Positions 25,621 through 35,560 of a stretch of 64,000 nt of DNA are shown one piece after another; position 1 is the stretch's first letter, and each line of letters opens with the position of its first letter. The stretch comes from Gekko japonicus. Taxonomy: Eukaryota. The stretch is from the NCBI RefSeq assembly GCF_001447785.1, contig NW_015163100.1, positions 898,534 through 962,533 on the forward strand, given 5' to 3'. The position numbers and the translations under genes are program-made. The notes beneath the pieces are model-generated. The model was not told the origin of the DNA, searched no databases, and worked only from the letters and a program-made list of their open reading frames with translations.

Positions 25621-26074
25621 CTTTCGTTTGGCGGCGGCGATTTTGGCCGCGCCTCCTTTGGCCGCCTTGCGCGGAGGCCGCTGCCGGGGAAGCGGGCTGG
25701 CCGGGCTCGCGGAGCTGTCCCCGGTCCAGCAGGTGAGGAGAGGGCCTCCTTTACGACAGTGCCGTAAACCACGGGGGCTCCGTGTCTCCCGTCCCCCCCC
25801 CAGAGTCCTGGCGGTAGGGCGGCGCGCGTCGATGGCGTCATCCGCTCGCGCCGACGCGCCTGAACGCCAGTCCTAGGCCGCGCTCGGCAGACGGGCAGTC
25901 ATCCAGGCCCTCGTGTGCCTTTCCGGAGTCTCGTGTGGCCTCGGGATGCCTCCTTCCCAGCATTCCGTGTTTAGAAGCGAGCTGCCTCGGGCTCTGGAGG
26001 TTCCATTTGGCCAGCAATGACTGGCCTTTCCATTCCCCGCCCTCTCCCTCCATGCATTCCCCTTATCCCTTTCT

Positions 26075-26330
26075 AGCAGCTGCTTGAGACGAGTTTCACC
26101 AGCATAATTAACTGAAGGTTAATTGTGCCGGACGTGAAGAAGGGCCTCCTTTTGGCTGTCCTGAAGTAACTGCCTATCTGTTGCATTGCGAGCCCGGAAT
26201 TCAAGTGTCGTGGGAGGGAAAACTTTTTATAATTTTCCATCGTGTCCTCGCCATTGACTGTCGTTTCCTCTAAACCGACAACCCCTAAAGTCCTCAGCCT
26301 TTCCTCGTAGGATGGAAACTTATCTACTAG
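26075..26330 (-). mobile_element. Degenerate CR1 fragment
   Basis: Minus-strand translation gives SYEERLRTLG...FRTAKRRPFFT. Confidence 0.65.
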
Positions 26331-28043
26331 AGTCAAACCAGCCCACCCCTCTCAGTCCCTAGTCTGTAGTGCGGAGGTAATAATGCCAGTTTACCTTCCA
26401 AGACAGTCCAGTAGATTGCAATGAGATAACGTATGTGACCATCAGATACCATATGAAACACAGATAGTAAGTATTGCTACTCTCATCCCAAGCACTGCTG
26501 CTGCCAGCCACGACTGCAAGCTGCTGGAGGCTCTATTCGTTTAGTCTGGATTAGTAGCTCTTCTAAACAGAATCAGCAGCTGCAAAGAATTAAATGGCCA
26601 ATCATGCACTGCAGGGCCCCTCAGTATTTGTGCAGGTGCATTTACAGGGAGGTGCGCTAGACTCAAAGTGGACCTATTCCCCACTGAGATTAATTTACAA
26701 AATTATGGAAGAAAGAATGGAACTCTGAAAAGGGACTAAGAGCAAACATCCCCAAATGGCCAAAATAGGGACAGTTGGTGGTAAACTGGGATAGCTGGTG
26801 GTAAACAGAGACAGCTGCAGCATGGGCCAAGGAGCACTACACATTAGTATTTGACCCCAAAAATACTTTCAGCCTTCTCCTACCACTACATTGGGTGGTA
26901 ACACTGGGCTACTTTCCAGAGCTGCCATAAGGCAGAGCTCTTCCATCTGCAATATGGGACAGTTTATTTCTGTCCTCAGCAGTTGCAGGAGAATTTTTCT
27001 TACTTGAGAAGTCCTGAATCTGGAAATCATGAATGCTGCCTTCGCTTCTGCTTTTGGAGGGAGATGGTGAGCATCTGTTGCCAAATTGTTGCAGTCATAA
27101 AGTCAGATTTTTGCACTCAAAGCAGCTGTCGGTGTTACTGCTTAACGTTGCAGGAGCCAAGGCATCCAAAACAACTAGACAATCTGGTCTGCAAACCATA
27201 GAACTGTCACTGTGTCCCTGCCGCCGCCTGTGGACGCACTGTACATTTCAACCACTTTCCCCTTCATGTATGTCTAAAGCATCCTCTCATTAAAAAAAAT
27301 CTCGGCACAGAAATAGCAGAGGTGGGGTCTTACTTTCTGGAAATTGTTACAGGGTGCTTGGAAAGTATGAGTCACACCAAGAAATCTGTTTGCTTGTTCA
27401 CCTCAAGTTATCTTCTACTCAGAGCAGCGAGCATTTTCAAAGTCCTTTTGTTCCACCACCACCCCTTAATCTATGACACCACCCCTCCTAATTCCACCAG
27501 TTTTATACATGATTTTGCTTGAGTCTGCAGCTTTAAAATTGGGGGATGAGGGGGATATCTCCTCCCCCCCATAAATTGCTGGGCTTTTAGCTGCAGCCTA
27601 GCAACATCAGTGGATGCATATGTCTGTGGTAAATAGTGCAGAGCTTTTAACCCCCCCCCCCCCCAAGGTTTATGTTCCTTTTGACACTTGGATAACTTTG
27701 TTTTTTTAGCCCTCAGAAAACTTGTCTAACATGGTTCTGGATGACAACAGGCTTGTCTTCTTTATCAATCACTTTTCTTACCCTGTAAACTTTACTCTTG
27801 GGCTTGCATACATACTGAACCTCTGATAGAATTTCCATTTTATGGATCGCTGAAAAAGAATGACTTCCTTGTGGCCACAACCCTGAGCCAATGACAGGGT
27901 GGAATTTGAACTCAGACCCCAAGGTCCATGGCATGCACTCTAGCTGGCAGGCCATCTTTGTATTCATCTGCTGATGTGCCAATTCTTCTGCGGCAGCAAC
28001 ATGTGCACAACCTTCTGAGTGCATAGCCCAAAGCCCTTTAGAT

Positions 28044-28484
28044 CAGGGGTGTTGAACTCATTTGTTATGAGGGCCAGATCTGACATAAATGAGACCTTGT
28101 TGGGCCGAGCCATGTGTGTCTTAAAATGTAATGCGAGGTAGTGGAGATATAAACTTTATAAAGGACACAAACACAAAGGTTTTTTTTACTTAAAATAAAA
28201 ACATGTTTAAGACACTTAAAACACTTAAAAAAATACTCTTCAAATATTTTGTTTATTTAACGGTGTCTGATAACTGACACCTCTTGCTCTGAATTATTGC
28301 ATCAAAATGTCTGTGCTGTTGCAATCTTGAGTATGCTGTTCAGGTGTGTATCTGTAAGCTGCAAACCTACAATGACGCAGCAGAACTGGAGGAAGCAGCA
28401 GAAGACAGCCAGTTCCACTGTGGGCCAGATAGAAGCCCTCCAGGAGCCTGATGTGGCCCCGAGGCCACATGTTTGACACCCCTG
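28044..28484. mobile_element. hAT-Charlie-type non-autonomous transposon
   Basis: TIRs CAGGGGTGTTGAAC / GTTTGACACCCCTG; perfect 8-bp TSD CTTTAGAT. Confidence 0.9.
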
Positions 28485-28594
28485 CTTTAGATGATTGGGC
28501 TGCTTATTTGTGCCTCTAACCTTGCTCTTGATTGTGGGAGAAAGGGGGTGGGTTCATTGCTAACACTGTGGAAACCTTTGTGCTTGTTCTAGTG

Positions 28595-28867
28595 AGATCC
28601 AGTTTGGTGTAGTGGTTAGGAGCGTGGACTCTAAACTGGGAGAACCGGGTTTGATTCCCCACTCCTCCACATGCAGCTGCTCGTGTGAGCTTGGGTCAGT
28701 CATAAGTTCTTTCAGAGCTATACTCTCAAGGGCAGCTCTCAGATCTCTCTCAGCCCCACCTACCTCACAGGGTGTCTGTTGTGGGGAGGGGAAGGGAAAG
28801 GAGTTTCTAAGCTGTTCTGAGACTCCTTTGGGTAGTGAAGATGAATCCAATCTCTTCTCTCTTCTCT
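28595..28867 (+). mobile_element. SINE inserted at the AFG3L1 exon-2 acceptor
   Basis: Family head and (TCT)n tail; TSD TCTAGTG at 28588-28594 and 28865-28871. Confidence 0.85.
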
Positions 28868-29639
28868 AGTGGCTTCAGAGGGTTCATCCAGGCTGTATTG
28901 CATCCTTCCATGATTGGCTGAGCTCCAAACCTCCCAAAGGTATGTGACTCCAGCATCAGCTCTGGCCTCTTGCTCTTGATTGTCACAACTCTGGTGAAGA
29001 GATCGATGTTGTGGGGTTGTTGCATATCAGAGCACAAGAGTTGCATTTAGAAGGGCCCAGCTGTCTGAAAGGCTCACAGATAGCCAGGTTTGGTTGAAGC
29101 TACAACTTTAGAGGCAGACAGAACCAGGCATGGTTGTGTGATGAATTCTCCTGGACAGTCTTACTTGCTACTCTTCTGTCTCATGATATTGAGTGGGGGG
29201 GGGGCAGTTTCTTTTTATTGGGGCAGGAGGCGGCTCTGGAACTGACCCATTCAAACCCTGGGTAGACAAGGAAGGAGCCTTCATTTTGGCACCAGAATAG
29301 GTGAAGGCTGGAGATACCCAGCTCTGTGCCACTAAACCCCCCGGTGGGGGAGGTGTTAGCCGGTGAACGGAATGTCCAGCTCGTAAGATCGGAAGCCTAG
29401 AAAGATCTCTTCGGCATCAAGAAGCCTGTAATGGGCCGTGCTGGCCAGGCGGTGGCAGTGCGGCGTTGAGACTCGAAGCAGACCTGGAGAAAGCTGACGT
29501 CATCAAGCCATGCCGAGTGGGAAAATGCTGTCTGGAACATGTCTAGTCTACAGCTGAACAAAATCCCCGTCGGCTGCGAACGTGTGCGATTTAAAGATTT
29601 ATATATGTTGTCCTCCCTTACCCCCATGAATCAAAAAAA

Positions 29640-29646
<7 letters not shown>

Positions 29647-29686
<40 letters not shown>
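29647..29686 (+). repeat. (TG)20 microsatellite
   Basis: Read directly; ends 46 nt upstream of the AFG3L1 exon-5 start. Confidence 0.95.
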
Positions 29687-29689
<3 letters not shown>

Positions 29690-29767
29690 TGACAAATGGC
29701 CTAAATGAGCCTCATTCCCTCTTTGCCACCAGGGAGAGTTCCCCTGGGACAATAGGGACTTCCGGTA

Positions 29768-29867
29768 CCTGGCTGTCATGGCGGCTGGGGTCGCCCCGGG
29801 CTTTCTGTACTTTGCCTCCTGGCTGTCATGGCGGCTGGTGTCGCCTCGGGCTTCCTGTACTTCGCCT
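29768..29867 (+). repeat. 50-bp x2 tandem duplication inside AFG3L1 exon 5
   Basis: 29768-29817 versus 29818-29867, with 4 substitutions. Confidence 0.95.
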
Positions 29868-31287
29868 GGCGAGATCCTGGCCGAGAGATCAACTGGAAGC
29901 ACTTTGTGCATTACTACCTGGCCAGAGGAGTGGTGAGGCCCTGAGCGAAGTGCTCTTTATTATCTGTGGGCTCTGCTTTCCCTTCTGCTCTGCAGCAAGT
30001 ACCAGAAGCCCTGGGGCTTGCCGTGGCCCCCTGCCGCCAGAGGGGCAAGGAGAGAGGAGGCAGGTTCTGTTCCTGCCTTTGCCTGGGAGCGCTTCATGGG
30101 CCTGCCATACTCTTCTGTACACAAGCGAATCTTCACACACACACCCTTTCCTCTCTCTCTCGGTCTGAAGGTGGAACGACTGGAAGTGGTGAACAAGCAG
30201 TTTGTGCGGGTGTTCCCTGTCCCCGGAGCTGGCTTAGAGGTAAGGGAGAGCTGAGCTTGAGAAGGAAAGGCACCGCCCCAGAGGGAGTCTTCCTCGAGGC
30301 ACAGTCGTCTGGGTCCAGGGGCCTCTCCAGAACCTTGAGCTCTGGTGTGCAGCTGCACCAAGCAATGGTCCAGCACGTGTGTCGGGTCCAAGGAGAGGAT
30401 GGAGCCTGAGCTTCCCTGTGGGACGTTGTTTTCCTTTCTAGTGCAGCTGCTCCCCTGGTCATTAGGCAGGTAGTTGCGATACGAGGCCTTGCACCTGCCA
30501 GGCAGCCTTGCTCAGGCTACCTTGCATAGCCCCCTGAGGGCCCCTCACTGTCTTCCTGGGCAAGTGGGGGGGGCGTGTGGACTGCAGAGGCAGAGCCCAT
30601 CAGTCCGTACCTGTTGCTGCTTGCTGCAGAAGTATGTCTGGTTCAACATCGGCAGCGTGGATACATTTGAGCGGAACTTGGAGATGGCTCAGCTGGAGCT
30701 GGGGATCGACAGCAGCCACTGGGTCCCTGTGGTCTACAGCACCGAAAGCGATGGGTGAGTGCCAGCCCAGCTTGAGGGGCGGCCCCGCTGCACGGTCCCC
30801 CCATGCCCCCCCCGCAGCTCATGCACCTGTCTGATCTCCTCACCTTGCAGCTCCTTCTTCCTGAACATGGTCCCCACCCTGCTGCTGGTGGGATTTCTGC
30901 TGCTCACGCTTAGACGCGGGCCGTTGGGCAGTGGGCGTGGTGGGCGAGGGGGAGGGATCTTCAGTGTCGCTGAGACCACGGCCAAGATCCTGAAGGACAA
31001 CGTTGACGTGAGGTTCAAAGACGTGGCTGGCTGCGAAGAGGCCAAGCTGGAGATCATGGAGTTTGTCAACTTCCTGAAGAACCCCAAGCAGTACCAAGAT
31101 CTTGGGGCCAAGATCCCAAAGGTACACGCTTCTCCTCCGGTGTCTGTGATCTGTAGCCAAAGCCCAGTTCAGGCAGAGAGGCAGAAGCCTGGAGAGTGAG
31201 CCGGTNNNNNNNNNNNNNNNNNNNNNNNNNNNNNNNNNNNNNNNNNNNNNNNNNNNNNNNNNNNTGGAAGCTGGAACTTTTGACCCC

Positions 31288-31598
31288 GGTTGCACCCCAC
31301 CAGTGTTCACTGTGAAGAAATTTATTCAAGTCCAATTACAGTCCACAAATGAATAAGAATTGTAACTATATTGTAATTTATTTGTAAAACAGCTCCGAGT
31401 ATAAAGTGATCTGATGAAGCATTGAGGGAAACAGATTGTTTACCTGGGAAATCTGTAGTCGCATGACAATTGTTGGAAGCAGCAGCAGCAGCACTGCATG
31501 ACGTATAATAAAGAAACAAAAAGAAGCAGCAGCAAATTTGTGGACTGTCATTGGACTTGAATCAATTTTTTCACAGTGAATATTGGTGGGGTGCAACC
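31288..31598. mobile_element. MITE-like element with ~60-bp terminal inverted repeats
   Basis: GGTTGCACCCCACCAGTGTTCACTGTGAAG.. / ..TTCACAGTGAATATTGGTGGGGTGCAACC. Confidence 0.65.
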
Positions 31599-32427
31599 TT
31601 GACTGAGTCACTGTGGTCCATTTGTGGCTAGAACCTTTGACCCCGGCAATATTTTACTGGGGTCTTCTGGGGAATGGCTGGTTTGGGGGGAGTTACAGAA
31701 GTATGTGAGTCATGTAAGGAAGCCGATAGCCATTTATGAACTGTTCCGGAGCCGTCTGTTTTTCTCTGCCCACTCTCTCTTGCAGGGTGCAATGCTGACC
31801 GGCCCTCCAGGCACAGGGAAAACCCTCTTGGCCAAAGCTACTGCTGGGGAAGCCAACGTCCCCTTCATCACAGTGAATGGCTCCGAGTTCCTGGAGATGT
31901 TTGTTGGCGTTGGGCCTGCTAGGGTGAGCTTGAAGGGTCCCGTAAACTGCTCCGCACTGCCAGGCAGGAGCCCATGGGAAAGAGGCTGAGAGACCCTGGC
32001 TAGCAGGATGAGGCTTCAGTCTCGGCCTAAACAGATACCCTGATGTTGCTGAGGTGTCTGTGACTAGCCCCAGGTCTGGGGGAGACTCACAGCTGCTTGG
32101 CTGGCTGCCTGTCTCCAGAACTTTGCTGCCACTGCCGCTGCCACCACTCCCACTGTGAGCTTGCTGCCCCTTCCTCACATTTGTCCTCATAGTTTTAGTA
32201 ATCTGCCCGTTGGCCCCATTGTTCTGAATCCTACTCCTCCTGCTGTCGACGTTCATCTTTTGCACCTCTCATCTGATCCTGTTGTCAGTCTGATCCTTCC
32301 ACCCCTCCTTGTGTGGCTCAGATTCTGGGACCGGTTCCTGTGAAACCTACCCATGAGCTGGACCTTCTTTGTTCACATCACCTTGACTATCCCATAATAT
32401 TTATGGCCCCCACTCCTGCCCCAGTTA

Positions 32428-33176
32428 AGAACATAAGAACATAAGAGATGCCAGTGTTGGATCAGGCCAAAGGCCCATCCAGTCCAACACTCTGTATCAC
32501 ACAGTGGCCAGAAATACCAGGTGCCATCAGGAGGTCCAGCAGTGGGGCCAGGACACTAGGAGCCCTCCCACTGTCGACCCCCCCAAGCACCAAGAAGACA
32601 GAGCATCACTTGCCCCAGAGCCCCTATCTATACCTTGTGGCTAATAGCCACTGATGGACCTCTGCTCCATATGCTTATCTAATTCCCTTTTGAAGCCGTC
32701 CATGCTTGTAGCCGCCACCACTTCCTGTGGCAGTGAATTCCAAGTGTTAATCACTCTTTGGGTGAAGAAGTACTTCCTTTTATCCGTTCTAACCCGACCG
32801 CTCAGCAATTTAATGGAGTGCCCACTTGAGTTCTCGTATTGTGAGAAAGGGAGAAAAGTACCTCTTTCTCTACCTGCTCTTTCCCATGCATAATCTTATA
32901 AACCTCAATCATGTCACCCCTCAGTCGTTGTTTCTCCAAGCTAAAGAGCCCTAAGTGCCTTAACCTTTCCTCATAGGGAAAGTGTTCTATTGGTAAGAAC
33001 ATAAGAGAACCCAATGTTGGATCAAGCCAATGGCCCATCCAGGCCAACACCCTGTGTCACACAGTGGCCAAAAATACCAGGTGCCCTCAGGAGGTCCAGC
33101 AGTGGGGCCAAGACACTAGAAGCCCTCCCACTTGCCCCCCTGAAGCACCAAGAATACAGAGCCTCACTTGCCCCAG
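32428..33176 (-). mobile_element. Two adjacent CR1 3' ends
   Basis: (TAAGAACA)n tails at about 32428 and 32995; translation YEERLRHLGLFSLEKQRLRGDMIEVYKIM. Confidence 0.85.
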
Positions 33177-33669
33177 CCTGAGGCGTATTTCTTTTCCCAG
33201 GCCTGGCTTTGTACATTAATATTTCTAGAGTGTTGGGGTTTTTTAGATGCAAACATGGTTCTCTGGGCTGTTGTAGCTCTGCAGCACTATCTCCAAATGA
33301 CCCACTGTGGTGCTTTAAGATCAACCAAGAGCGTTCTCTGAAATTCAAGCAAAGATGTGCAGCAGAGTATATTTGGGGGCAACTGTGCAACTCTTTAACT
33401 CCTTTCTGCTTAAGATTTACCAGAGTCTGAGCATCTTGGTGTAGCGGTTAAGAGTGGCAGGACTCTAATCTGGAGACCTGGGTTTGGTTCCCCACTCCTC
33501 CTCCACATGAAGCCAGCTGGGTGACCTTGGGTCACTCACAGTTCTCTCAGAGCTCTCAGCCTCACCTACCTCACAGGGTGTCTGTTGTGGGGAGAGGAAG
33601 AGAAGGAGATTGTAAGCCACTCTGAGACTCCTTCGGGTAGTGAAAAGCACGGAATAAAAGCCAACTCTC

Positions 33670-35560
33670 CTTCCATGGGTAACCAGAGAGTTTCCCGTCT
33701 GGACAGTTCTTTTGCTGCAGGAGATAAGGGGGCTTGTTTTAGCAGAATTTTTTTTAAAAAAAGGTTTTACTGTAATGATCTCTCAGCAAAGCAGATATTC
33801 TGAATTTTTCTGGGAAATGCAGATATGAAGGCAGATACGTTAAAGGCACCCACGTGAGCACAGATGTTTGGTTCGTCACTGGGCCTTCTGATCTCCCTTT
33901 GCTTTGTGTGCAGGGTTCAACAGCAGCACAAACGTGGTGGTGCTTGCAGGCACCAACCGCCCTGATGTCCTAGACCCGGCGTTGATGAGACCAGGACGCT
34001 TTGACCGGCAGATTTATATCGGTAATGACAGCCATGCCTGGTGCTGAAAAGCTCTGGCCCCGGCATTGCCCCTCTTCATTCCCAATGCACAGTGGTCAAG
34101 GAGGAGCCTCTTCCATTGCCCACTGGCTCCTTGTGGAAGGCTGGCAGTGCCAGGGGGGGCCAGAGCTGAGCTTCGGCATCCTCAGCCAGTCTTCCATGGG
34201 TAACCAGAGAGATTCCCGTCTGGACAGTTCTTTTTGCTGCTGGGCTTGTTTTAGCAGAATTTTTTTTTTAAAAAAAATAAGGTTTCACTGTAATGACCTC
34301 TCAGAAGGGCTGAACCAGCCAAGCAGATATTCTGAATTTCTCTGGGAAATGCAGATGTGAAGGCAGATACATTAAAGGCCCCCACATGAGCACAGATGTT
34401 TGGTTCGTCACTGGCCCTTCTGATCTCGCTTTACTTTGTGTGCAGGCTTCAACAGCAGCACAAACGTGGTGGTGCTTGCAGGCACCAACCGCCCTGATGT
34501 CCTAGACCCGGCGTTGATGAGACCAGGACGCTTTGACCGGCAGATTTATATCGGTAATGACAGCCATGCCTGGTGCTGAAAAGCTCTGGCCCCGGCATTG
34601 CCCCTCTTCATTCCCAATGCACAGTGGTCAAGGAGGAGCCTCTTCCATTGCCCACTGGCTCCTTGTGGAAGGCTGGCAGTGCCAGGGGGGGCCAGAGCTG
34701 AGCTTCGGCATCCTCAGCCAGGCTCCTGATAAACAGATCCGGAGGAAAGAGGCTTATGGGTGGCGCTGAGCCGTGGCAGCTAAACAGATCCTCAGTGTTC
34801 AGAGGCAGCATAACTCTTGGGTGCCCCGTGCAGGGGAGCAAGTGAGCTGTTGGTTGCAGGTCCTGTTTAGAGGTGCCAGGCTGGATGAGACCAGGGCTCC
34901 ATCTGTTCCAGCATCCTATCCTACACAGTAGTCAAGGACCCAAGGCATAGAGTCCGATGGTACCTCCTAGCACTGGTGTTCAGAGGTTCACTACCTTTGG
35001 GTATGGAGGTTCACTTCAGTCAGTCACTGTGTCTTTGTTGTTGTTCAGTCGCACAGTGCTTTGACCGGCAGATTTATATCGGTAATGACAGAGCCACGCC
35101 TGGTGCTGAAAATGTCTGGCCCCGGCATTGCCCCTCTTCGTTCCCAATGCACAGTGGTCAAGGGGGAGCCTCTTCCATTGCCCGCTGGCTCCTTGTGGAA
35201 GGCCGGTAGTGCCAGTGGGGACCAGAGCTGAGCTTCGGCATCCTCAGCCAGGCTCCTGATAAACAGATCCGGAGGAAAGAGGCTTATGGGTGGCGCTGAG
35301 CCGTGGCAGCTAAACAGATCCTCAGTGTTCAGAGGCAGCATAACTCTTGGGTGCCCCGTGCAGGGGAGCAAGTGAGCTGTTGGTTGCAGGTCCTGTTTAG
35401 AGGTGCCAGGCTGGATGAGACCAGGGGTCCATCTGTTCCAGCATCCTATCCTACACAGTAGTCAAGGACCCAAGGCATAGAGTCCGATGGTACCTCCTAG
35501 CACTGGTATTCAGAGGTTCACTGCCTTTGGGTATGGAGGGTCACTTCAATCACTGTGTCT
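33670..35560 (+). repeat. Two overlapping ~0.5-kb tandem duplications spanning AFG3L1 exon 11 (33670-34190 matches 34191-34721; 34530-35033 matches 35058-35560)
   Basis: High-identity direct repeats with a few substitutions and indels. Confidence 0.9.

Noticed and set aside
27710-27784. Possible extra AFG3L1 exon after a T-rich AG
   Set aside because: No similarity to AFG3L1/AFG3L2 and no convincing donor.
29227-29300. Candidate AFG3L1 exon 3/4 remnant (74 nt, phase 1 to 0, GGGSG.. start)
   Set aside because: The phase fits, but homology is weak, the acceptor and GTGAAG donor are poor, and it ends in TAG. It cannot be called.
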